This document shows, one piece after another, positions 44,225-52,806 of a DNA stretch of 64,000 nt. The DNA is from Gemmatimonadaceae bacterium. Its GTDB lineage: Bacteria > Gemmatimonadota > Gemmatimonadetes > Gemmatimonadales > Gemmatimonadaceae. Position 1 is the stretch's first letter. The number at the start of each line of letters is the position of its first letter. A model generated the notes under the pieces. It saw only the letters and a list, made by a program, of their open reading frames with translations, was not told where the DNA came from and did no database searches. The stretch spans positions 778 through 64,777 of the forward strand of contig JBHELH010000318.1 of NCBI GenBank assembly GCA_046263215.1. Reading direction: 5' to 3'. The position numbers and the translations under genes were made by a program.

Positions 44225-44722
44225 TTAGTCGCGACGGAACTGCGCAACGAGCCGGGACCCCGCGGCCGCAAGAATCCCCTGCGTAACGGAGAAAAGTACG
44301 ACCGCGCCAACCCTCCCGAGCGACTGATCAAACTCCTCGGTGATGAGATGCTCGAGCCCAACGCCGACGGCCACGCCGGCGGCGGCCCCGAGAAAGGCGC
44401 CAGCTAGGGACGGATCCGTGCCCGCCCACCGGCCGGCGACCATCGTGCCGAGAGTCGCGCCGGCGACGCCAATGATACCGGTGATGCCGAGGCGCCGGAG
44501 CGTGCAGACGACATCGTCCTCGGATGGGCAGTCGTCGGGCTTGGCAATCGCGAGTCCGATCGCGATGCCGAGCGCCGACCCAACGGTGCCGCCGAGTGCC
44601 TCGGTGGCGAAGGCACTGACACCGGTGACCGCCGCCGGTGCCGCGCGCTGCGCTTGAACGGCAGACGCGGGCAGCACGATCAGGAGAAGGAGAAACGCGT
44701 TGGACTTTCCGGGCAATGACAC
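44225..44722 (-). CDS. Gly/Ala-rich membrane protein, unknown function
   Basis: 165-aa ORF with signal peptide MSLPGKSNAFLLLLIVLPASAVQAQ and several glycine-zipper-like hydrophobic segments. It lies 6 nt after the solA-like stop. Confidence 0.6.
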   Translation of the reverse strand: MSLPGKSNAFLLLLIVLPASAVQAQRAAPAAVTGVSAFATEALGGTVGSALGIAIGLAIAKPDDCPSEDDVVCTLRRLGITGIIGVAGATLGTMVAGRWAGTDPSLAGAFLGAAAGVAVGVGLEHLITEEFDQSLGRVGAVVLFSVTQGILAAAGSRLVAQFRRD

Positions 44723-44848
44723 TCCACACCTCCGCAGCTGATCCCGTGCCGCGTCACAGCTGGTGTCGCGACACCTCAGCTCTTAACCCCGCCGACACTC
44801 GTAACAGTTTTCACCCCCCTAGCCACGGCCCGAATGCCGGCCGCCCGC

Positions 44849-47398
44849 TCAGTTCCGCGGCCGGACGTGCCTCGTTGGAACTGCTTGAAAGGGGTCGTCG
44901 GGCCAGTAATGCTTCGGGTAACGCCCCTTGAGTTCCTTCTTCACGTCGAAGTAGCCTCTCCGCCAGAAGCCGGCGAGATCGGTAGTGACCTGAACGGGAC
45001 GGCGCGCCGGTGAGAGCAGGTGGAGCGTCAGCGGAACGCGGCCACGCGCGATACGGGGTGTCTCCGTCAGCCCAAAGAGCTCCTGTAGCCGCACCGCGAG
45101 GACCGGGGACTGCGGGTCGCTGTAGTCTATCCGAATGCGCGAGCCGCTTGGCACCATGAGGTGCGACGGCGCCAGCTCGTCGAGCGCCGCGCGCTGCTCC
45201 CAGGTGAGGGCACCGAGCAGGATCGACGCGAGGTCGAGCCGCCGCAGCTCCTCCCGCCGTGTGAGGCCGTACACGTGGGGGCCGAGCCAGGCGGCGAGTG
45301 TCGCGGTGAGCGTGGCGTCGGACATGTCTGGCCACGTCGGGTCGAGCTGGTGCAGGAAGGAGATACGCTGCTGGAGTTGGCGCGCGCCGTCGGTCCACGA
45401 CAGCCCACGGAGTCCGTCGTTCGCAAGGCCGCCCAGCAGCGCCGCCACTACGGCCCCCGGGTCGGGCGACGAGAGCGCTCGTTCCCGCAGGATGATGGCG
45501 CCGAGCCGCTCGCGTTCCTTCGCCCGTACCATTCCGGCTTCCGCGTCCCAGGTGACCTCCTGGTCGTACCCTATCTGATGCCCGAAATGCGCCTCGATCT
45601 CGTCGAGTGCGATGGCGGCCGCAAGGTAGATCCGCGACTCCGGTGGTTGACCGCCCAGCTCCGCCACGACCACGTACGGCTCGGCCGACAGTGCCTGCGG
45701 TGACGGAAAGGCCGCACCCACGCCGTTTCGAAGAAGGAATCGTCCGGTCGTGGAGCGCGAGTCGTCGGGATCGCCTCGGCGTTGCGCGATGCGGTCGGGG
45801 TAGGCGAAGGCGAGAAGCAAACCGGTAGGGTCGACAGTGGATGGCCGAGGGTCGAGGCGGAGCGTGCGGGCGAGATCCCGGGACATGGCCAGCGCGCGTT
45901 GAACGGCCCCGCGATCCACGGTCGCGCCGTGTGCGTGCGCGCGAGGTGCGCCGCCGCGGGCCGCGTCGTGTAGAGTCTCGACGCGGAGCCTCAGGTCTGC
46001 GTCTACCGCAGCGCCGGCGTCGAAACGGAAGACGTCGCGCTCGCTCACCAGCGCCGCTACGTCGCAGGCGAGCGCACCATGTCCGATGCGCACGCCCGTG
46101 ACAAGCATGTGCGCGAGCCGCGGGTGAATAGCGAGTCGCGTCATTTGTCGGCCGTGCTCGGTGATGCGACCGTCGGCGCCGAGCGCGCCAAGCTGCGTGA
46201 GGAGCTCGCGCGCCTGCGCGATCGCGGCCGTGGGGGGCGGGTCGAGCCAGCGCAGCTGCGCGGGGTCGACCACGCCGGCTTCCGCGAGCTCGAGTGCGAG
46301 CGGAGCGAGGTCGGCGTCGAGAATCTCTGGTCGGCCGTGGGCCGCTAGCTGTTGCTCCTCCTGCTCGCCCCAGAGCCGGTAGCAGACGCCCGGGGCGACG
46401 CGCCCGGCGCGGCCGCGGCGCTGGTCCGCCGAGGCGCGTGTGACACGCACCGTCTCGAGCCGCGTCATCCCGGAGCGCGGCGAAAACCGGGGAACGCGCA
46501 TCAAGCCGCCGTCGACGACGACGCGGACGCCTTCGATCGTCAGGCTGGTCTCGGCGATCGAGGTCGCGAGAACGATCTTGCGTGTCCCCGGTGGGCTCGG
46601 CTCGATCGCGCGGTCCTGCGCGTCCTGCGCAAGGTCCCCGAAGAGCGGGGCGACGTAAACGCCTCGTGGCAGCTGCGAGTCCGCAAGAAGGGCCTCGACT
46701 TGCCGGATCTCGGCGGCGCCGGGAAGAAAGACGAGGACGTCACCCTCGTCCTCCGCAAGTGTACGACGGACAACGGCCGCGACGGCGGGCTCGAACGGAC
46801 GGTCCGCGGCGCGCGCGATGTGTCGCGTTTCCACGGGAAAGCTTCGGCCCGCGCTGGTGACGATCGGAGCCCTGCCGTCGGCCACGTCGCCGATGAGTGC
46901 AGCGACCGGCGCGCCGTCGAGCGTCGCGGACATCACGAGGAGGCGGAGATCCTCGCGCAAGAGCGCGCGGGTCTGCAGGGCGAGCGCGAGCCCGAGGTCG
47001 GCATGCAGGCTGCGCTCGTGGAACTCGTCGAAGACGACGAGACCTACATCTTCGAGCCCGGGGTCGGCCTGGACGAGGCGCGTCAGCACACCCTCGGTGA
47101 CGACCTCGATGCGTGTACGCGTGGACACCTTTGTGTCCATGCGCACGCGATAGCCGATCGTTTCGCCGACACGCTCGCCGAGCGACCGTGCCATGAACCC
47201 CGCGGCTGCGCGCGCGGCGAGTCGGCGGGGCTCGAGTAGCACAATCTTCCGCCCAGCCAGCCAGGGCTCGTTGAGGAGCGTGAGTGGGACACGCGTCGTC
47301 TTGCCTGCGCCTGGTGGAGCCTGGAGGACGGCGCCGTGGTGATCGCGAAGGGCCGCGCGGAGAATAGGGACGACGGATTCAATCGGAAGATCGGGCAC
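44849..47398 (-). CDS. hrpB: ATP-dependent RNA helicase HrpB (DEAH-box)
   Basis: 849-aa ORF with Walker A APPGAGKTT and a DEFHERS motif. The C-terminal HrpB-specific region ends ...GRYPKHYWPDDP. Confidence 0.95.
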   Translation of the reverse strand: MPDLPIESVVPILRAALRDHHGAVLQAPPGAGKTTRVPLTLLNEPWLAGRKIVLLEPRRLAARAAAGFMARSLGERVGETIGYRVRMDTKVSTRTRIEVVTEGVLTRLVQADPGLEDVGLVVFDEFHERSLHADLGLALALQTRALLREDLRLLVMSATLDGAPVAALIGDVADGRAPIVTSAGRSFPVETRHIARAADRPFEPAVAAVVRRTLAEDEGDVLVFLPGAAEIRQVEALLADSQLPRGVYVAPLFGDLAQDAQDRAIEPSPPGTRKIVLATSIAETSLTIEGVRVVVDGGLMRVPRFSPRSGMTRLETVRVTRASADQRRGRAGRVAPGVCYRLWGEQEEQQLAAHGRPEILDADLAPLALELAEAGVVDPAQLRWLDPPPTAAIAQARELLTQLGALGADGRITEHGRQMTRLAIHPRLAHMLVTGVRIGHGALACDVAALVSERDVFRFDAGAAVDADLRLRVETLHDAARGGAPRAHAHGATVDRGAVQRALAMSRDLARTLRLDPRPSTVDPTGLLLAFAYPDRIAQRRGDPDDSRSTTGRFLLRNGVGAAFPSPQALSAEPYVVVAELGGQPPESRIYLAAAIALDEIEAHFGHQIGYDQEVTWDAEAGMVRAKERERLGAIILRERALSSPDPGAVVAALLGGLANDGLRGLSWTDGARQLQQRISFLHQLDPTWPDMSDATLTATLAAWLGPHVYGLTRREELRRLDLASILLGALTWEQRAALDELAPSHLMVPSGSRIRIDYSDPQSPVLAVRLQELFGLTETPRIARGRVPLTLHLLSPARRPVQVTTDLAGFWRRGYFDVKKELKGRYPKHYWPDDPFQAVPTRHVRPRN

Positions 47399-47413
47399 AG
47401 GGGGAAGCTGCCG

Positions 47414-47461
47414 GGTGTTGGGTGCCGGATGCCAGGTGGCGGGGCCCTGGCACCCGACACC
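47414..47461. repeat. Hairpin in the hrpB / alaX divergent intergenic region
   Basis: GGTGTTGGGTGCCGGATGCCAGG...CCTGGCACCCGACACC, followed by a second GACACC unit. Confidence 0.6.
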
Positions 47462-47483
47462 CGGCGCCTGACACCTTTCGCTG

Positions 47484-48671
47484 ATGACGGCCCGACTCTA
47501 TTACACGGATTCCTATCTGACGACGTTCGACGCCCAGGTCGTCGAGCGCGGCGAGGCCGGGCGCCGCGTCTACCTCGATCGCACGGCGTTCTATCCGACG
47601 TCGGGCGGACAGCCGGCCGACGCCGGGACGATCGACGGCATCCAGGTCGCCGACGTGGTCGATGAGGGTGAGCGTATCGCCCACATGCTCAGCGAGCCGC
47701 TCGCCGACACCACCATCGGTGTGTCAGGAGCGATCGACTGGTCGCGCCGCTTCGACCACATGCAGCAGCACACTGGGCAGCACCTGCTGTCGGCCGTGAT
47801 CGCCGAGATGCTCGGCCACCAGACCGTCAGCGTGCACTTCGGCGCCCACGCGTCGTCCCTCGACCTGGACGTCGATTCGGTCGGGCGGGAGCATGTCGTC
47901 GCGGTCGAGAGACGAGCGAACGAGCTCGTCGTCGCCAACCGGCTGGTCACGATCTCGTTCGAGGAGGCGGCGTCGGTGGACGGGCTTCGCAGAGCGTCAG
48001 CGCGAGAAGGGACGCTCCGCGTCGTCGCGATCGAGGGTGTCGACCGCAGCGCGTGCGGCGGAACTCACGTGCGCGCGACGGGCGAGATCGGTCCGATCCT
48101 CGTCCGGAAGATCGATCGGGTGAAGAAACAGGTGCGGCTGGAGTTCGTGTGCGGGCTGAGAGCGGTGCGCCGCGCGCGCGCCGACTTCGAGCTACTGTCG
48201 CGGCTCGGGCAGGGGCTCTCGGCGTCGATCGACGAGATTCCGGCGCTCGTCGAGTCGCAGGCCGATCGGCTGCGTGCGGCCGACGGGCAGCGTCGGCGGC
48301 TGGAGGCCGAGCTGCATGCGTATCGCGCACGGCTCCTGTACGAGGCTGCCGAGCGCGACGAGTCCGGCGTGCGCCGCGCGGTGCAACGCCGCGAGACGGG
48401 ATCGCTCGAGGCGCTTCGCGGGCTCGCGCAGGCGTACTGCGTTCTCCCCAAGGCAGTGCTCATCGGTGCCGTCGACGATCCGCCGGCGGTTCTCCTCGCC
48501 GCATCGGAGGATTCCGGGATCGACGCGGGACGCGTGCTCAAGGCGGCCTTAGCGAGCGTCGGCGGCCGGGGCGGCGGATCGCCGCGCATGGCGCAGGGAA
48601 GCGTGCCGGGCGCGGAAGTCATCCCGAAAGTGATCGAGGCAGTGGTGGAGGCGGTGCGTGCGGCGAGGTAG
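47484..48671 (+). CDS. alaX: AlaX-L type alanyl-tRNA editing protein (AlaRS second additional domain + DHHA1)
   Basis: 395-aa ORF with N-terminus LYYTDSYLTTFDAQV, zinc/editing motifs HMQQHTGQHLLSA and CGGTHV, and a C-terminal GGGSPRMAQG DHHA1-like motif. Confidence 0.9.
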   Translation: MTARLYYTDSYLTTFDAQVVERGEAGRRVYLDRTAFYPTSGGQPADAGTIDGIQVADVVDEGERIAHMLSEPLADTTIGVSGAIDWSRRFDHMQQHTGQHLLSAVIAEMLGHQTVSVHFGAHASSLDLDVDSVGREHVVAVERRANELVVANRLVTISFEEAASVDGLRRASAREGTLRVVAIEGVDRSACGGTHVRATGEIGPILVRKIDRVKKQVRLEFVCGLRAVRRARADFELLSRLGQGLSASIDEIPALVESQADRLRAADGQRRRLEAELHAYRARLLYEAAERDESGVRRAVQRRETGSLEALRGLAQAYCVLPKAVLIGAVDDPPAVLLAASEDSGIDAGRVLKAALASVGGRGGGSPRMAQGSVPGAEVIPKVIEAVVEAVRAAR

Positions 48672-48840
48672 GAGGGCGGAAGGGCGAGGGCGTTGCGGGG
48701 AAGAGCGGGAAGAACGCGCACGCGGATGGCCGCGGAGGAAACTGCGATGGCCGCCGAGAGCCCCGCGGGGTGCTCCGGGCTCCGCGTGCACGCTCTTCCC
48801 CGCTCTTTCCCGAAACGCACAACGCCGTCGCTGTTCCGCC
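48672..48840. repeat. Composite palindromic element, copy D (minimal, outer module only)
   Basis: GGAGGGCGGAAGGGCGAGGGCGTTGCGGGGAAGAGCGGGAAGAACGCGCACGCGGATGGCCGCGGAGG...CCGGGCTCCGCGTGCACGCTCTTCCCCGCTCTTTCCCGAAACGCACAACGCCGTCGCTGTTCCGCCC. It starts immediately after the alaX stop. Confidence 0.9.
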
Positions 48841-49133
48841 CTTTAATAAGGTATGCGGCGCGCTAGTAACCGAACGCCGCCGTGCGAGAACGGTTCAGGG
48901 CGGCGTTGCACAAGAATGGTTCGCGCGGCGCGCTCGACTTGATCGGCGGTCATGTGCGCGACGTTGCGGCGGCGGACATTCGCGAATCCCACTTCCTCTA
49001 AATGACAACGTTGTTAGCTTGAGAGCCCTCGTCGGACTTCGCGCGCTCGCACGCTTTCGCGACGACGCCTCGTGAGTCTCGAGCCCCTCCTCACAGGTCG
49101 ACACGCTCACACGCTCACACGCTCCGCCCCTCC

Positions 49134-50876
49134 ATGCGCGTCAACTGCCACGCCCACATCTACAACCTGCGGTCCGTCATCACGCGCCGGACGAACTCGC
49201 TCATCGTCGATCGTCTCACTCGGGAAGGATTTCCGCCGTTCGCGACCGCGGCCGTGTCGGAGCTACTCGAGGAGTACCAGTTCCGGCCCGAGTATCTCGT
49301 CGAGGAAGAGCTGTTGACGCGGTTGCTGCGCAAGATGGTGCGGCAGCCGACCTTCCGGAGCTTCGTGCTGGGTGACGGCGCGCTCCCGCCGGAGATTCGC
49401 CTGCTCGCGGAGGCGCGCTCGACGGAGGCGTTGAATGGCGACGCGTTGCGCGCGCTCCTCGACAAGCTCTCGGCCTCGTTCAACCGGGCCGCCAACGGCG
49501 ACAGTCGCGGGACCTCGCTCTCCGACCTCGTGGAGACCCTGCGCCTCGCGATGCAGCCCGAGATCGCCGACGTCGCGGACCGCCTACTCCAGCGGATGCG
49601 GCCTGACGATGCCCTCGTCGCGCTCGCGACCGATCTCACCGCGCAGGACGAGGGTGAGGGCGAGCAGAAGCTCTTCTGGAATCAGCTTGTTGGCACTCGC
49701 GCGGCAGCGTTGCGCCACCCAGGTCGTGTCCTCCCCTTCGTCGGCGTCGACACGCAGCGCGCCGAGCACTTCGAGACCCTGCAGCACGCCGTGGAGCGGT
49801 TCGGGTTCGTCGGCGTCAAGCTCTACCCGCCGCTGGGATCGCAGGTCGACACGCCGGCGATGGACAAGATCTACTCGTTCTGCATCGAGCACGAGCTGCC
49901 GATCGTCGTTCACTGCTCGCGCGGGGGGTTCCAGGCGCGGCGCGAGATGGCGGACAACGCTCGGCCTGAGCTCTGGCGTCCGGTCCTCGCCGAGTACCCG
50001 GAGCTCCGCGTCTGCTTCGCCCACTTCGGCGGCTGGGCCGGGCTCGGGCAGCCGGACGGCGACCCGTGGGCGCAAGAGATCATGGCACTGATGCGCGACT
50101 TCGAGTGGGTCTTCGCCGACGTCTCCGGCCACGTCGACATGATGCAGGGCGGCGAGCGCGAGGCGACGTACTTCCGCAACCTCAAGCGCCTGCTCGCCGA
50201 GGCGCCGTACGCGAATCGGATCCTCTTCGGGACCGACTCGTGGGTGGCGCGGCTCCGGCTCGCGGACGAGCACTACTGGCAATACTTCGCCGCGCGCCTC
50301 AGCGACGCCGAGTTCCAGTGGATCACCGAGGACACGCCGCGGCTGTTCCTCGGCCTCCCGAACGACGCGGGTATCGGCGAGCGCGCAAACATGCGGCGTT
50401 TCGTCTCCTTCATTGTGGAAAACCGCGACCGGCTCGGCGCGGAGCCCACACGCTGGGTGCGGCAACTCGTGGATCGCTTCCACGGCTCGACCACATTCAC
50501 AGTCAGCCGCACCGATTCCGGCTGGTCGCCGAACAACGAGGCGCACTACCAGACGTATCGCTTCTTCCGCCGCGAGCAGCTCGCGGGCGAGCACGAGCGC
50601 ATGCTGTTCGAGGAGACGAAGCACCTCCGGCTGCGGCAGATGCTCTACTGGAACCGCGATCACGACGGCGCCGATATCTTCCAGCGGAAGTGCTACATGC
50701 TGGCGGAGAACTTCGACGACTACCTCCGCAAGAAGGGCGCGGCGGACGAGAACGGGTCGGACCGGTCCAGAGCGGTGGCGAAGCTCGCGGGAGCGGTGGC
50801 CGAAGGGGGGAGGACGCTCGCGGATGTGGGGCGGATCGTGGACGCGCTGTACCGCTTCAGGGCGGAGGGGAATTGA
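49134..50876 (+). CDS. Amidohydrolase-2 (TIM-barrel metal hydrolase) with large N-terminal insertion and ~170-aa unique C-terminal extension
   Basis: 580-aa ORF with metal-ligand pattern NCHAHIY, VKLYPPLG, IVVHCS, CFAHFGGW and FGTDSW. There is no signal peptide. Confidence 0.85.
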   Translation: MRVNCHAHIYNLRSVITRRTNSLIVDRLTREGFPPFATAAVSELLEEYQFRPEYLVEEELLTRLLRKMVRQPTFRSFVLGDGALPPEIRLLAEARSTEALNGDALRALLDKLSASFNRAANGDSRGTSLSDLVETLRLAMQPEIADVADRLLQRMRPDDALVALATDLTAQDEGEGEQKLFWNQLVGTRAAALRHPGRVLPFVGVDTQRAEHFETLQHAVERFGFVGVKLYPPLGSQVDTPAMDKIYSFCIEHELPIVVHCSRGGFQARREMADNARPELWRPVLAEYPELRVCFAHFGGWAGLGQPDGDPWAQEIMALMRDFEWVFADVSGHVDMMQGGEREATYFRNLKRLLAEAPYANRILFGTDSWVARLRLADEHYWQYFAARLSDAEFQWITEDTPRLFLGLPNDAGIGERANMRRFVSFIVENRDRLGAEPTRWVRQLVDRFHGSTTFTVSRTDSGWSPNNEAHYQTYRFFRREQLAGEHERMLFEETKHLRLRQMLYWNRDHDGADIFQRKCYMLAENFDDYLRKKGAADENGSDRSRAVAKLAGAVAEGGRTLADVGRIVDALYRFRAEGN

Positions 50877-50880
50877 CAGG

Positions 50881-50935
50881 GCTTGTGAGCTTGTGAGCTT
50901 GTGAGGGCCCGGCTCCTCAAAAGCTCATAAGCTCG
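50881..50935. repeat. GCTTGTGA-armed hairpin after the amidohydrolase gene
   Basis: GCTTGTGA x3, GGGCCCGGCTC, then CTCAAAAG CTCATAAG CTCGC (8-nt units mirrored). Confidence 0.75.
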
Positions 50936-51013
50936 CCGCAGTAGGTGTCGCCGGAGCAGGCCGCGGGGGAGCGGGAGATCGACGGGCGGGGCGACATCTA
51001 CTCGCTGTTGGCT

Positions 51014-51095
51014 GGTGAGGAGGGAGGAGTGAATAGCTTGCGCCCACTTCTCCTTTCGCGTTCCTCCTTCCTCCTTCCTCTCTCCTCCTCCCTCA
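51014..51095. repeat. Purine-rich (GGAGGGA/GGAAGGA)-armed hairpin, copy 2 (inverted relative to 33621)
   Basis: GGTGAGGAGGGAGGAGTG...TTCCTCCTTCCTCCTTCCTCTCTCCTCCTCCCTCA. It covers the SD-like sequence, the GTG 51029 start and the first ~22 codons of the downstream gene. Confidence 0.8.
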
Positions 51096-52672
51096 TTCCT
51101 GCCGTCAACGTGCTCGCCTTCCTACTTCTTTCGGCCACAGTCAGCGCGCAGTCGCCAGCGCCGCGTGCGACGACTGACCCGGCGCTGACGCTCGACACGT
51201 ACGCCGCGAAAGCGGTGCGGGACTGGCAGGTAACCGGGCTCGCCCTCGCGGTGGTGAAGGATGGCCGGGTCGTCCTCGCCAAGGGTTACGGCGTCCGCGA
51301 GCTGGGCCGGTTGGCCCCCGTCGACACGCAGACGCTCTTCGCGATCGGGTCGACGACAAAGGCGATGACGGCGGCGGCGCTCGGCATGCTCGTCGACGAG
51401 GGGAACGTTCGGTGGGACGATCCCGCCACGCGGTACCTCCCCGCGTTCCAGACCGGCGACCCCTACGTCACGCGCGAGATCACCGTCCGCGATCTGCTGA
51501 CCCACCGCGCCGGCCTCGGGAACGCGGACTTTCTATGGTATGAGTCGGATCTCACCGCCGCCGAGGTGAGGCGCCGGGTGCGAATGCTGCGGCCGGCGTA
51601 CTCGTTCCGCTCAAGCTTCATCTACCAGAACGTCATGTACGCCCTCGCCGGAGACGTCGTCGAGGCGGCCAGCGGGATGCCGTGGGAGGAGTTCGTCCGT
51701 CGGCGGATCTTCACGCCACTCGGAATGACGCGCACTGTCGCGACGCTCCGGGAAGCCGAGGCGCGCGAGAACGTGGCCTCGCCGCACGATTGGGTAGATG
51801 GAGCCGTCCGCGCCATCAGGAATGCGAGCGTCGATCCTGTCGCGCCGGCCGGCTCGATCTGGTCGAGTGTGGCCGACATGGCGAGGTGGATGCGCTTCAT
51901 GCTCGACACCGCGCGCGCCGCCGACGGCCGACAGCTCATTAAAACGGGGACGTGGTCCGAGCTGCTCAAGCCGCAGACGATCGTCACGCCGCAGGGGTTC
52001 TATCCGACCGCGCGCCTGACGCGGCCGCACTGGACGACCTACGCCCTCGGCTGGTTCCAGCATGACTACAACGGCCGCGCGGTCAGCTTCCACACGGGAA
52101 GCATCGACGGCATGGTCGCCATCATCGGACTCATCCCCGACGAGCGGCTCGGCGTCGCCGTGCTGGCCAACCTCGACCACGCCGAGGTGAGGCACGCATT
52201 GATGTATACGGTGTTCGATCTTTGGGCACCGGCACCGGTGCGCGCGGTGAGCAACCACCCGCCTTCGGCGGGCCTACGTGAAGTGCGCGACTGGAGCTCC
52301 GAGCTGCTCAGGCTCTACGGCGGCATTCGGGCGCAGGCGGATTCAGCGAGGATGCGCCAGGTAGCACAACGCGTGGCGGGGACGCGGCCAACGCTGCCGC
52401 TCGAGCGCTATGCGGGGACGTATGTCGATTCGCTCCATGGCGCGGCGACGGTGACCCACGAGCGGGGGCAACTCATGCTGCGCCGCGGCGCGCGCACCGC
52501 CGTGCTCGAGCATTGGCACTACGACACGTTCCGCGCGCGCTGGGCCAACGCCTGGCAGGGAACGTCGACTCTGACGTTTGTCATCGGCGCGCGTGGGACG
52601 CCGGAGCGTCTCGAGATCGGCAGCGCGACGTTCCGCCGAAGCGAGCGCGGCCCCGACGCAGGCACGCCGTAG
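51029..52672 (+). CDS. Serine hydrolase, class C beta-lactamase/DD-peptidase family with C-terminal beta-domain; start uncertain
   Basis: S-x-x-K active site (FAIGSTTKAMTAAA) and YxN region (IYQNVMY), with a signal-like segment AVNVLAFLLLSATVSAQS. GTG 51029 is preceded by GGAGGGAGGA; the track start 50945 has no support. Confidence 0.88.
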   Translation: MNSLRPLLLSRSSFLLPLSSSLIPAVNVLAFLLLSATVSAQSPAPRATTDPALTLDTYAAKAVRDWQVTGLALAVVKDGRVVLAKGYGVRELGRLAPVDTQTLFAIGSTTKAMTAAALGMLVDEGNVRWDDPATRYLPAFQTGDPYVTREITVRDLLTHRAGLGNADFLWYESDLTAAEVRRRVRMLRPAYSFRSSFIYQNVMYALAGDVVEAASGMPWEEFVRRRIFTPLGMTRTVATLREAEARENVASPHDWVDGAVRAIRNASVDPVAPAGSIWSSVADMARWMRFMLDTARAADGRQLIKTGTWSELLKPQTIVTPQGFYPTARLTRPHWTTYALGWFQHDYNGRAVSFHTGSIDGMVAIIGLIPDERLGVAVLANLDHAEVRHALMYTVFDLWAPAPVRAVSNHPPSAGLREVRDWSSELLRLYGGIRAQADSARMRQVAQRVAGTRPTLPLERYAGTYVDSLHGAATVTHERGQLMLRRGARTAVLEHWHYDTFRARWANAWQGTSTLTFVIGARGTPERLEIGSATFRRSERGPDAGTP

Positions 52673-52806
52673 ATCGCGCGGCGTCCGCGCCCCCGCGCCC
52701 GCACCCGCGGCTGGACCCGGCGGTCGTCCGCGGCGGCGTCGCAAGCACGGAACGTGCGGCGGCGGCCTCACTTTTCTGAGATCGCCGCGACGAGAGGGAG
52801 AACAGC

